DNA from: Lophium mytilinum
Taxonomy: Eukaryota
Length of the DNA stretch: 64,000 nucleotides
Direction: 5' to 3'
Assembly (NCBI GenBank): GCA_010093605.1
Contig: MU004191.1
Span: 1,596,816-1,660,815 of the forward strand
In this document: positions 52,082 through 64,000 of the stretch, in pieces
Numbering within the stretch: position 1 is the first letter of the stretch
Layout of the letters: each line of letters starts with the position of its first letter
Translations under genes and position numbers: made by a program
The notes under the pieces: generated by a model
Told to the model about the DNA's origin: nothing
Database searches by the model: none
What the model saw: the letters and a program-made list of their open reading frames with translations, nothing else

Positions 52082-52710
52082 TTACCTCAAATCCTCCCTC
52101 ATCCGTATCTCCTCAACCAACCGCTGCATGCCCTGATCTTCACGTGGCGCCTCTGCATTCGCGCGCCTTTCAAATTACCCCATATTCTCCTCTACCCACC
52201 TCGTATCCCCACCAGCCTCCGGTAACAGAAACCCCTGCTCATAGCCTGCCGCTATATCGTCAAGTGTGAAGACCGAATGTAGGTCCGCGGGGTTTTCAAG
52301 GCTCCCCGTTTCGCGATATGCCGAGCATCCCAAGACGTCTTGCCAAATGGCGGCGATTTCGATGATAAGGCTGTTGTAGGGTTCGCGGACCTCAGAGTCG
52401 GGGTGAGACTTTCGAGGTCGGATGTGCACGTGGATGTAATTGATTCCTACCTGCGGTCATACTGTTATAGATCTGGAGATAGGGATATCTCAGGTGGTTG
52501 TCGGTAAGCAACAGAGGATATGGTTTGACTTACCCGCTCACCACCTACGTAAGCAGCGATGTCTTTCGTGTCAGCTTGCGTGATACGAATATTCACAAAT
52601 AGAGACGGCGTGGTGAAGTGCATGCAATGGAGTGCCGTAATCCTAGAGGCGATCTCATCCCGCTGGATTTGCTCGAGTGCACAATGGTGGTGTATGTCGT
52701 AGAAACGCAT
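52082..52710 (-). pseudogene. cis-CaaD-like / Tautomerase_3 family tautomerase gene with premature stop
   Basis: MRFYDIHH...RDEIASRITALH...FTTPSLFVNI...YVGGER, intron 52451-52533, then AGYEQGFLLPEAGGDTRWVEENMG*FERRA...LVEEI. The TAA at 52175-52177 falls inside a conserved-looking segment. Confidence 0.75.
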
Positions 52711-53269
52711 CCTGGTTGCTAATTCGATTCGATGCCGGTTGTGTAGGCGCTTGTTGGGGTTCGATCTTGTTCGTTTGCTGACACTAAAAGACTGGAAGAA
52801 TGAGGGTGGCTTGCAGATTATGATGTAACGATCATCCTGTACTCTATGTAGCGTCGATCTACCCGAGCCACGGGTTACCCCATACATAGCCTCCATTCGT
52901 TTCAAGGGTTCTTCAACAGCCTGCTTTCTGGGAAAGAGAGCTGGAGGCTTCAACGACAGTGTCCTAGGGATTGAACTGTTGGGAGCGGTTTCCAGTTCAG
53001 CTAAGCCGATTTATTGCAAGTGATGTCGCTAAGTCGCCAAAGGTTGCCCAGACCAAACCAAAACGCCTAGAGATGAACACCAAACTGATACCAGGACATC
53101 CATGCATGTAGCAGTATACCTCCTATTTCATGTTGACCAACTACGCCATCCTTATGCACCGAATATCAGAATGCCTCCCACCGACCGGGTCTCGTTTTCC
53201 AGGCGCCGTTGCTGTCATCCACGGGCTGGATCCATGGTAGGAGATTTTCGTGATAGTAACGCTCGTCAG

Positions 53270-53560
53270 CTAGATTCCACCACCTATCGTAATCAAATTA
53301 GCTACACTGTGTAGCTACAGGAATGACGTGGGTGTTGTTGAGGGAATGCCCACCGGATCGATCCACAGAAACCGAGTAATCCCCTATCGCCTTATTCTGC
53401 TTCTTCGCCGCCAGAGCCCTCGACTTGAACAGTATGTAGGAGCCGCCGAAGGTGAAGACAGAGAAAATTGCGAGGTTGCGGCCGCTGGGGAGGTTAGCAA
53501 TCGGCAAGGTTCGAGTTGCTCGGGTTGGAAAGCGTACTTAAAGAAGCGGGAGGGAGCCAT
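53270..53560 (-). CDS. 55-aa single-TM microprotein ending YSVSVDRSGGGI
   Basis: Exons 53560-53538, 53484-53354 and 53283-53270 with canonical introns give MAPSRFFNGRNLAIFSVFTFGGSYILFKSRALAAKKQNKAIGDYSVSVDRSGGGI*. Confidence 0.85.
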
Positions 53561-55039
53561 TGGGTTGTTTGGAACTATATTATGTAATCATGAAGGTGAA
53601 GTGAGCAATCTGATCGGGCTGTAGGCTTTCGAGGGAATGGTGTTGAGGTGTTGAATGTTGAGGCACACGACAGTCCGAGTGGCCGAGGTCATCGAGAGGT
53701 TCGGTGACGTTGGGCTTGGCGGAGATCTTCAGCCAGGAGGATCTCCGGATTTCTTCAACAACATATTATGTACGTACAGTGACTAGCCATAAGTCTATGC
53801 ACACCAATTTACCACTGCTTGGGGTACCCCCATAAGGTTATCTACCTCTAGCCGCGATGTCAAGTTCCAGGCAGTGCAAATAAGACTGCTATCAAACTCA
53901 CCGCATAATAGCTAGCTGGGATACTCCTCACAGTGGTGAAAAGTGAGCAAATTGGAGTCGAACGGTCATCAGCCCGTGTGCCCAGACCTATGGCCTAGTC
54001 ATGTACCATCGACTACACACTTATGTACACCTCATCAGCTTGTCAGAAACTCAACGAGACATCATCGATCTGAGTTTCGCTGTTAGAATAGCGAGAAGCA
54101 CATACGAAAGGTACACGCCGTGTCAACTCTGTGCCTAACAAAAGTGGCTTGACGCAGTGAGATCCGTAAGTAACTGCCATAATATACTCTAAAGCGTCAT
54201 TGAGGTATCTCGATACCTTCTAAATATCCTATTGACGACAATCCCACTCTCTCCTCTTTCAAAGCTTCACTTGCGTGCGAAAGATTGACTATGCAAAGTA
54301 GAGGGAATACGACGCGCCGTGTGGCCTTCGCGTCTTTGAAATCATAGTTTACGCGGTTCGATTCGTAAATTTAAGTAACAAAGCTTCCCAAAGCGTCGAG
54401 AAACGGTGCCTCTACGTCCTCTTACAGTTTGGTTATATCGATATAATCCCGAAACTTCTGATACTTCTTTCACTACGCCATCGGGAGGTGCAGGTCGCGT
54501 CCTTGCATCTATCGAAATGTCTTCCACACACCCTCCGGAATTCACGTTACTAGCGATCTTTCCGTGTCCAAGTGGAGGCGGTACGTGGGCCTTTTATACA
54601 CTGCTCACATTTTAGGTCCCGACGCGGTCCCGAGTTCCGGCTCTTGTCCAATCGGAGTCGCTCATTTCCACCAACCTCACTTTCATCTCAGCGCCAGCTA
54701 TATATGCTCTATTCCCCTCCCTTACATTTGGGCGCAGTCCCATTTCTCTCGTAATGCGGGAAAGCTGCAGATGTCTCCTTTCGTCTGGGTTCAACATAAA
54801 AACCAATTCAAGTCTGGCTATATCAAATTTTCATCTACACTCCGTACCCTTTGCAGCCTCCAGCAGCAGTGATACAGACTCCTGTTCCATCCCCAATTCC
54901 ATTTCCATTAGCTCCTCAGCCAACCAGAATAATCTGACACTAGCGGAGCCATAAAAGCCACTCGTTCCCCGCACTTTCATTCTTTCCCTTCTTCTCCGCT
55001 CCCATCATACCATCTTCATCATCCCAAAACCTACCTATC

Positions 55040-56110
55040 ATGGCTAACTTCGTCTCCCACGTCGCGCCCGTCGCCCTCGAAAACGCCCGATCCATCATCC
55101 CCAACGACTACGAGCCTGACCTCTTCAACGACATGGGCTTCGTGCTGCGCGCCAAAGCCGACAGCGGCGAAGACATCCACCTCTGGATGTTCATGTACCG
55201 ACAGCGCGGCGAAGAGGTCATCATAAACAACGAAGTCTGCCAAACCCTCATGGTCTCGGCCGCCTATACCCCTGCCGAGAAAGAATCCATGCACGACACC
55301 CCCTTCATCAACAAAGGGCAGAACATAGACGACTACCACAAGCTCGGCAGCCTAACGTTCCAAGACACACCCACCACCAACACCTGGACCCTCGCCGGCC
55401 GCGTCTTCGAGTCCCGCGCCAACCAATGGACCGTTTCCGGCTCCCACGCCGGCGTCAGCGTGCAGCTCGAGTGGACGCAGCGCGGCGACGCCCTCTACAA
55501 CGGCGGGCCGTTCGCGGAGCTGCATTCAGGAAAGGGCCACAGCGCCTTCATCGTGCACGCGCACGTCACGGGCACCGTGACGGCTGGCGGGAAGACGATG
55601 ACGGTGTCGGCGGGCAACGGGCACGGGATCCACGAGCGCATCTGCATGGCCGGCCACGTGCCCGCGCGGCTGCAGTACATGATGGAGCGCGGGATGAACT
55701 GGCTGAACGGGTACGGTGCGGAGGTCTCGTGGTACATCAAGACGGCGTCGCGGGGGCGGTCGGCGACGATGATGTTGAATGTGGATGGGGAGACGCTGGC
55801 GGTTGTGGGCGGGCAGAAGGCGAATATTGAGGAGATAGACTTTTGGCTGGATCCGAAGACGAATCAGATGAATCCGAGGAAGTGGAGGGTGTGGGCGGTT
55901 GTGAAGGGGAAAGGGCGGCTGGAGGTGATCGTGACGGCGTATGGAAGGGCGTATTATACGTGGGTGCGGCAGGGGGGTGTGGTGCTTGTGAATCAATTTG
56001 TCGCGGATGCGGTGTGTACGTGGACGCGGGTGGATGGGTCGAAGATCGAGGAGAAGCAGATGGCTATGAATGAGTATATGAGGACGTTGTATGTGCAGCC
56101 GACGCCGTAG
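55040..56110 (+). CDS. Uncharacterised 356-aa beta-rich protein, tentatively AttH/CrtC (lipocalin-like) fold
   Basis: Intronless ORF with strong codon bias. HVTGTVTAGGKTMTVSAGNGHGIHER..MNWLNG resembles the V.G.....G.....G.G.H segment of AttH-like proteins. Function uncertain. Confidence 0.7.
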   Translation: MANFVSHVAPVALENARSIIPNDYEPDLFNDMGFVLRAKADSGEDIHLWMFMYRQRGEEVIINNEVCQTLMVSAAYTPAEKESMHDTPFINKGQNIDDYHKLGSLTFQDTPTTNTWTLAGRVFESRANQWTVSGSHAGVSVQLEWTQRGDALYNGGPFAELHSGKGHSAFIVHAHVTGTVTAGGKTMTVSAGNGHGIHERICMAGHVPARLQYMMERGMNWLNGYGAEVSWYIKTASRGRSATMMLNVDGETLAVVGGQKANIEEIDFWLDPKTNQMNPRKWRVWAVVKGKGRLEVIVTAYGRAYYTWVRQGGVVLVNQFVADAVCTWTRVDGSKIEEKQMAMNEYMRTLYVQPTP

Positions 56111-57240
56111 GAATACAGGGGCGGAGCACTATGATATTAGTTTGGCCACGCCTCGCGATTGCTCGGGGCGTCTCAAAAGGCTTTGGAAAGTCCAAATACA
56201 ATGTAAATGTCAATGCGGTGGAAATTACACTACCTTTTTACTGATCGGAGGTATACTACCCATGGTACCCCTCACAGAGGTGTCGATAGAGCAGAAGTGA
56301 AGATAGAGCACTTGTATATAGGGTTGCCTATATTTTTGACTCAGTACTGTGTTTGCTTCGCTCCCTATGATGGAAGTTTGGGTGTTTTTGCTTAATTTTG
56401 ACCACTTTGTATTTTCCGTTTCTGTCGCCACTCGAACGTCTCTCGAAATGATCTCTGAGATCTCCTTGGGGTTACCCTTCGGTGGGGGTTTTCCCGAAAT
56501 CTGCCCCGAGATGAGTCGAAGGTAGAAGTAGTATTGGGATCGAAGGTGCAATCGGAATAACTCCAGATGGAAGATCGTGATCAACACATCGTAAGCAATG
56601 TTTCTTCCTAATCCATTCCTTGCTCTTGCTCGCCGTCTTGGATACTATGCAGCATGAAACGACTCGAACGTTCACTGATCACATCTGGCGCCAGGTATAT
56701 ATTCTTCCAAGGGAAATTCAGGGAATAACAAAAAGAAAGATGTCCTTCGGCGCTTAAATCTTTCGCAAGAATATTGACAGAGTTCCGATGTAAGGGGTTA
56801 CATTAGAGTTCTTGGGTCTCTAGGTGCAAATTACGCGCAGATACAAGAGCTGTAAAAGACCGGGAGACAACTGGTATGCTGATACCTACCACAAAGAGTC
56901 GAGCGCTGGCGCTATTGAACGAGGAAATCTAAGATCTATGAAGACTAGAGTGTAGATCAAGATTCTCGCGTATTACCATGACTATAACAAGGCATCCCAT
57001 AACTCTATAAATAACTGAGAATTCATCGTAGGATTTGAGAGAGACACGCGCTCACATTTACCGCGAGCATCTTACTGCCGGGATCGGCCTCCTCCATAAG
57101 CAGGGCTGTGGCAGCTCCCAATAAACAAAGGATGGATGATACGAAGGATGAGAAACTCCACTCGCTCTGCCACACAGAATCAGGAATCCAACGACGACTC
57201 GTTTGAAGAAGTCATGTCCACATGCAACATCCCACGGCAA

Positions 57241-58672
57241 GCCAAGCAGTCAGCGCAATCGTCGCGATACTGACCAAATGGAAACGCGACGAAGTAGTGA
57301 TGCGCAGCCAATCGCACGCCTCGCACGGCCGACGGCGAAGTGGCTGATCTGTTCTGGAAGACGGGCGCTCGCGTGAATCGTGCGATGCATGCGGCCAAGC
57401 GCTAGCCCCTCACCTGGCGCTCGGGAGCATGAAGCCTTCCGCCTGAACCGAGTGTCGTGGAGTCGCTGTATGTCGCGATGTGAGGCTTCCAGGCGAAACC
57501 GGATGTCGGCTTATCTGATGGATGGTATGGACCCCCATACTGCGCCGCTCAGCAGCTTTACCCACGACGCGTCTCGGCCTCGAAATAGCTATGAGGCTGG
57601 AAATGACCCGATCCAACAAGGGCAGGAGGAAGGAGAGATTGGGTGTGGCGCTGCAGGTCCAGTACGGCCAGCCAACGGGAGCTGCTCATCGGCGAGCGTC
57701 CCGAGCGACACGCAGCTGCTCTCCCGCGGTGCCGTTTGCACGGAGGCGAGGCTGCATGTCGTCGTGCCAAAGTTGCCGTCGTGTTGAGTTCCAGACGGCG
57801 CTCCGCTATTATGGCCAAGTGTTGGGGTATATCGCGGCGGCCCACGCTTTTGCAAAGCGTTGGTAACAGTCCAGATAAGCTTCCAACCGTCCCACAGTTC
57901 TTGGCCGTCTTCCAAGCACGCCTTGGGGATGGGGTGCGTTGGTGGGTTGTCGCCGAGAGCGCCTCGCGCCTTGGAAGACGTCGGCTATCGTTGCGTGAAG
58001 AGACGGCGTCGACGGGCGTGACAATTGCGAATGCTGTAACTAGGCCCCGAAGCTCGTCCTTGCTGGCCTCTCAGCGTCAAGAGAGCCCTGAAACGCCAGC
58101 AAACGGTCGCGTTCCCGTCAACCAGAACTCGGCGAGAGCGCGGACGCAGGCCCATAGAACGGGCTGCTGCTAGCCCACAAGCGTACAAAAGACCCTGTGT
58201 TGGGCCTTATCAACACCAACGGCCTATATCGGGTTTCTCAGCGAGGCTCCGTGCACTTCCTCCGCCACCCACCACTGCGTCGTCTCGTTCCATGCCACCC
58301 GCAATCCAAACGCGCAGAGCCTTGGCCCTCCCGGTGGACTCCCGAAAGTGCGCGCCGTGTCGCTTCGGCCTGTCGGCGCCTGTCTAGGCCAATCTCTCTA
58401 GGGCCTCGCCGCCGTTGTGCTGTGCCGTTGAATTGTCACGGCCGCGCCCTGCGGCGGAACGAGACTCTCCTTATCAGTTGCCAAGCCTGCCCTCCGACGG
58501 GCGGGGGGCGCGGCAGCAGTGGGAACGTGTCCATACGATGTGTCGATTGGTGCGCCGGCGGAGCGGCCTGGGATGAAGGATGGGGGGTTAGGTTGAGAGC
58601 ATGGACCGCAACGGGGAACTATGGGGCGGCTTGGCTCCTGCTGTCCTCGGCCTTGAAATCAAACTTATATAT
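57241..58672 (+). promoter_or_regulatory. Ammonium transporter upstream region with clustered GCCAAG (PacC-type) and GATAAG (AreA-type) motifs and TATA-like element
   Basis: GCCAAG/CTTGGC at 57241, 57394, 57814, 57900, 58321, 58480 and 58630. GATAAG/CTTATC at 57510, 57874, 58206 and 58470. TATATA near 58667. Confidence 0.55.
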
Positions 58673-58778
58673 TCATCAGGCCCACTCCGTCAAGGGGTTT
58701 CAGTTGGCAGTCATCTCCGTCTCTTCTCTTTCTTTCAACCTGCTGGTGATTTCGACTGACCACAGTCTGTAATTCACG

Positions 58779-60407
58779 ATGGCGACCGCTGTGAGTTCTG
58801 CCCCCTTGGCGCCACTATATATCCAATCCACGTGAAACAGATGCTGACAATAATTCCCAGCCTGTGTACGACCCAGCCATGCCCAACGGCGGTGACTCGC
58901 TCGTTGTGGATGTGAACGCCCAATATGCCGGTCTCGAGTACCACTACACCTACCTGGTCTTCTGCGGCTTCATCGTCTGGCTCATTATCCCCGGCATCGG
59001 CCTGCTCTACGGCGGTCTCGCGCGCCGAAAGTCGTCTCTAGCCCTGCTTTTCCAGTCCTTGATGGTCTGCGGAGTGTATGATGTTCCCCCTGAAGCCGGT
59101 ACATGCCGAACCTTAAATTGACCTCAAACCGCAGTGTGACCTTCCAATGGATGTTTTGGGGATACTCTCTGGCCTACTCGCGCACCGGCAACGCCTTCAT
59201 TGGCGACCTCGCCAACTTCGGTCTGAAGAATGTCATGTCTGCGCCGTCGCCTGGAAGCGCTGTGATCCCTGAGATCGTGTTCTGCCTTTACCAGATGCTT
59301 TTCTGCGCCTGCACCGTCCAACTCGTTATTGGAGGCTCCTTTGAGCGTGGACGCATCCTCCCATCACTCGTCTTTTCTTTCTGCTGGGCTACAATCGTCT
59401 ACTGCCCTATCGTGCGTTGTCCCTGTCGTTGGTTGATGTGAAAAAATAAATCTAATTTTTCAAAATAGGCAAATTGGACCTGGAACGCGAATGGTTGGCT
59501 GTACAACCTCCCCTCTCTTGATTTTGCCGGCGGCGGACCTGTCCACATCGCATCTGGATGGTCTGCTCTTGCATATGCCTTCGTGCTCGGGAAGCGTAAG
59601 CACACGGGCGAGCCGTCCCACGGCAAGCCTCACAACACGACCCTCATCTTCCTCGGAACCGTCTTGATCTGGTTCGGCTGGTTCGGCTTCAACGGTGGCT
59701 CCGCGCTCAATGGCTCTATTCGTGCTATGCTTGCTGCCTTCAACACTAACACGGCTGCTTCCTTCGGCGTCCTTGGTTGGACCCTCGTCGACTACATCCG
59801 CACCCGTGGCAAGTTCAGCGTCGTGGGCGCCTGCTGTGGCGCCATCGCCGGCCTTGTTGGTATCACCCCCGCCGCTGGTTACGTCTCCGTTTGGATTGCT
59901 GCCCTCATTGGCTTCTTGACCGCTGTCGTCTGCGCATCCGTCCAGGACCTCAACAAGTGGCTCCACATTGACGAGGGCATGGACGTCTTCAAGCTCCACG
60001 GCATCGGCGGAATGTGCGGCTCCTTCTTCACCGGTATCTTCGCTCAGAGCTGGGTGTCCGCCCTCGATGGCTCCTCGCAATACCCCGGTGGAATCGACGG
60101 CAACGGCGTCCAGGTCGGCAAGCAGTTCGCCGAAATCACCGCCATCTCCGCGTACTCGTTCACCGTCTCGTGCATCCTGCTGTACGCGCTGAAGTACATT
60201 CCCGGCATGCACCTCCGCGTCACCGAAGAAGGTGAGATGATGGGTCTGGATATTGACCAGTTCTTTGACGAGCAGATCGGTGACTGGTCCATGTACGAGA
60301 ACAACCTCGGTTCGACCGTGCATGGTATCAAGGGGACCGGTGCTACTACTAGCAGCGCGCATAGCGTGCACCAGAGCACCGAGATTCCTATGACTAAGGA
60401 GGCTTAG
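58779..60407 (+). CDS. Ammonium transporter, Mep/Amt family, twin-His type
   Basis: GGDSL..DVNAQY, IIPGIGLLYGGL, DFAGGGPVHIASG, WFGWFGFNGGS and DVFKLHGIGG. Introns 58791-58860, 59076-59134 and 59412-59468; the first coding exon is 12 nt. Confidence 0.96.
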
Positions 60408-61270
60408 ATGTTCGATACTGAAATAAGAGAAGGGAACTTGTCGGAGTAGGAGTTCGTGATGTTACCCTAGACTCTCGCTAATATAGAATCGGGTCGGTAG
60501 ATGACGTGGACTGTTTCTGTTCGAAAAGATATCCCCTTTGCGAGAATGATACACTCCTAGAACCTATGTAATCTAAAGTAAACCAAGAGAGATGTTTGAG
60601 TCAACCTGCTTGTGCCTAATAACGATGAATAAATATACTCAAGGTTCTCTTTTGCAGTCCAGACGCCACTGTCTTGAATACACCAGCTATGACTTCTTCG
60701 GCCATTCAAAAGGTAGCTCAAATCACGCTGTGTGGAGGTTGACATTGAATTTGGAGTTTTGAAAGCCCATTGCAACACTATACCGGCTTTCTTGGAGAAT
60801 TTTGCTCTTCGATGCCAGAAGCGTTTTCTGGCATCGAAGAGCAAAGTGCGGTGTGGAGTTGGGCCATATTTCCGGATTGAAGACATGTTCGACGAGGTCT
60901 AGAATCTGGAACCTGTTTTCGCGGTTGATGGCAAAGACTACGCGATACGTTATCGAGTTCGCAAGTCTCTTAGCTTGACTTACCATTTAGACCCGCAAAT
61001 TGTAATAGGAGTGTAAAGGCGGGGCGAAGAGGTCGAAAGAAGACTGCTGGAGGGCAGACTGTGAACCCTGACTCGAAGGCTAGTAGTGAAAGCCTCGCAG
61101 TTTGACCTTGAAACCAGCTGCTCTTTCGTGAAGGTTGAAAATCAGGCCTCGAACTATCGAAGTGCTCCCTCCCGCCGAAATGTCGTTCCGGGGCACTTCA
61201 ACTCACTCCGCATCAAGAAAACATGAATAGTAGAACAATGTGATTCTTAGGTATCTCTTACTCCATCCAC

Positions 61271-63079
61271 TCACTCAACCACGTAAGCCTCCGCGCCTTT
61301 CCCGAAGAGAAGTTCTGGTTTCCGAGACGCGAGATCCAGGATTGTTTGCGCGAAGACGGAGTTGGCCCAGGCGAACCAGCTGCCTGTGGGACTGTTAGCA
61401 CTGATCCTTCTTTCACATTCTCATCTCGATAAGCTGGCAAAGACCTTGACTTACGCGTATAATCTCCCGCCACATCAACGTTAACACTCTCATGTACCAA
61501 TCCTAACCCACTCGCTTTCTTCACCATCAACAAACACGCCTCAATTTCTTCATCGTCGTCGCTGGTCATCGCCTGCGTCAGCACGCTCATCGGCCATGCG
61601 TGTTGCAGGCCTATATGCGGCCCACCGATCCCCTTGAAATAATCTCCTTTCAGATAGTACGGATTTCCCTTCTTCTCGAGAATCATCTTGCGCGTATTCT
61701 GATACGTCTTATCGCTCACATCAACAAAGCCCAGCAGCGGGAGCGCGAGCAAGGAGGGCAAGTTCGCGTCGTCCATAAGAATAGACGAGCCAAATCCATC
61801 CACTTCGAACGCGAAAACCTCGCCGTAGACTTTGTGCGTGACGACGCCGTGCTCCCAGATCCCGGCCTCGATCGCCTTGCCCCGCGTGCGGAGGATGGCC
61901 GCGAGTTTCTTCTTCCCCGCGCTCTCAAGCATCGCCGCCGCGCGCTTCAGCTCTACAGCCATCATGGCGTTCGCGGGGATAAAGAAGCCGAGGATCGTCG
62001 CGTCGTCTGAGGGCCGGAAGGCGCTGCGGACTAGTCCTGTGCCGGCGTTCAGGGGGTTGCCAACGCCGCCGAGGGAGAGAGTTTCGGTTCCTGCATTGGT
62101 GCGACGCTGGAAGGTGTACTCATTGCGGACGAACTCGCCAGTTTTCTCGTCAAAGGTGGGTTTGGACTGGTGGGTGAGTAGATCCAGTACTGTGTCGAGC
62201 GCGAGGTACCACCGCGGGGTGAGGAACTCGGTGGAGCCGGTGTGGTCATGGAATTGGTTTACGAGGCGGAGGAAGTGGGCGATGGAATCGAGTTCGTATT
62301 TGCATTCGAAGACGAAGGAGGGCTCGTAGATGGGGTGCACTTCATCTTCGCCGCCGCCGTAGGTGGGCGCCAGGCCGCTCGGGGGCGGGGGTTGGAAGGC
62401 GTTGCAGTATGGCGAGCCGATCACATACTCAACCTGTGTATTTATAGCGCCTAAAATCAGGCTCTTGATAGCTGCGTCTTTCTTTGCGAGGGGTTGGTAT
62501 TGGGCCAATTGGTTTGTAGAATCTCGCAGCCATTCAGCATTGATGTCACCTGTGACGATGAAGCTTTGAGCGCCTTCCCATTTGCCCTCGTCTTTCTTGC
62601 CGCCTGTGACCCAGTTTGTGGTTTTCTTTTTCTTCTTTTCCGTGCCGTTGACGTGCCACCGTACTGTCGTGTCTAAGGTGTTGGGGAATGCGTTCTCGAA
62701 TATGCGCGCCAAGTCCTTGTCTATCATCTTCTCGTTCATGTCGTCTATTACTTTCTCAACGAGGGGGGATTCGAAGGTTCGGCAGTGACGCGAAGGGCGC
62801 TGGAAGGGGATCTCCATGGGGCCAGAACTGTATGGTGGACTGTAGCCAGATCGTATTAGCTACTGTCCCAGCTCTTGCTCTGCTCTTACGAACATACTGG
62901 TTCCGCATCGCATAGTTCTTGTAGTCTGGACATGCTGCCCTGTATTTCGCCCTATCAAGGGGTACGCGCAGCGGCTCTTGGGGGTCTTTTGCGAGCGGTT
63001 CAGCTTCCGCGTGGGCGTGTCCTGCGAGCAAAGCGCTGCTCCCCAGGAATATGACTATAGGTCGGAGAAAGTCGTGCAT
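61271..63079 (-). CDS. Glycoside hydrolase family 125 (exo-alpha-1,6-mannosidase-like), secreted
   Basis: Signal peptide, LPFQRP-like IPFQRPS, FENAFPNTLDTT, TGDINAEWLRDS, FECKYELDS, SAFRPSDDA, MDDANLPSLL, GGPH and YTRSWFAWANS. Introns 62840-62897 and 61384-61454. Confidence 0.95.
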
Positions 63080-64000
63080 TTTGAAGTGGGGTATACAGCG
63101 CTACGAGGCGTGTCAGACGTGTTCGGAATCGCAGCAGCTCCAGAGCGAGGTCGGGGTTGGAGGATTCTAAGAATGGATGCGGCGCGGCCAAGCACGCAAG
63201 GAGGAGATTGGACTTTCAAGACAGAAATGTACACATGCTCTTTTCCATGCCCGAGGAATTGGCGTTTTAATCTGCGTATGGGCTGGAGAAAAGGATTGGA
63301 AACGTGGAAGTGCAGGTGTACCGTGTTTGAAGCTTCCAATGAGGTCAATACGCATGTGGGGCCGAAGCTTGTAGCTTGCGGGCCCTCGCCGTCATCCTTT
63401 CTTCTCGCAATTCCGAGTCTTGAACATAGGTAGTGTGGCAGTCATCACATCTTTGATAATGTTTTAAACCCTCTGATGCTTTCGATCTACGCCTACTTTA
63501 CGATTGTGTACACTTGTCTACAGCGTCTTGACACGTCCGACGAACTAGCGCAGAAACCAAGCCACGAAAGGTAGGCACAAAAGTAGGATAATCCGGAAAG
63601 TAACGCCTCTCGGTACCGTGCTTTTAGCAGATTCTGGTCAGCCTTGGGTAAGAATCTGTCCAAAAAGGGCTTCCTCCGTCCTAACCCCAGCTATTCCACC
63701 TGTGGCTTCAAATCGACGCTAGTTCACCGGACGTGTCAAGATGCTGTAGCAGGCGTACTTGAACGAAAAGTGGCAGTCTACGAATCCGCGGTTCTGATTT
63801 CAACCCTCCTTCTGAGGCACCCGATTTACAAGCTATCCCAATCTCACACTGGACAAAGTGCAATCTACGAGCCACGGCAATAGTATGCCAAAATCAAGTC
63901 CAAATTGCACGGACTAGTTCCCGTTTGTACATCTCACAACACTCAGATTTTCCCCTTTCCTCGTCCCTAATTCACAGGCTATGCTGTTCACACGGTAAAT

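Noticed and set aside
54310..54370. GGTTCGATTC T-loop-like motif suggesting a tRNA
   Set aside because: No acceptor stem, D-arm or cloverleaf could be built around it.
59460..60371. 303-aa antisense ORF over the ammonium transporter
   Set aside because: Typical antisense open frame caused by strong codon bias in the sense gene.

Overview
Eukaryotic DNA from a filamentous ascomycete (Pezizomycotina; Dothideomycete-like is my inference), with short GT-AG introns and CTRAC/CTAAY branch points. The conserved genes are mitochondrial ThrRS (partial, at the window edge), a GFA/Mss4-like protein, homocitrate synthase, an HSL-type esterase, IDI1, a GNAT acetyltransferase, DUF2237, RMD8/Sif3-like, RAX1, a 2OG-Fe(II) oxygenase, a KIN4-like kinase, a MEP/Amt ammonium transporter and a GH125 mannosidase. 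These are interleaved with accessory genes. There are seven F-box-like genes in about 36 kb, three of them forming a clear paralog family with an interrupted F-box. A 10 kb tract (42.4-52.7 kb) holds mostly frameshifted or stop-interrupted genes. Other accessory items are a lone DUF3328/UstYa oxidase, an orphan repeat glycoprotein and two spliced microproteins that the ORF track misses. I saw no rRNA, tRNA, CRISPR array or intact transposon. Gene models were spliced by eye, and family calls come from motif recognition, not database searches.
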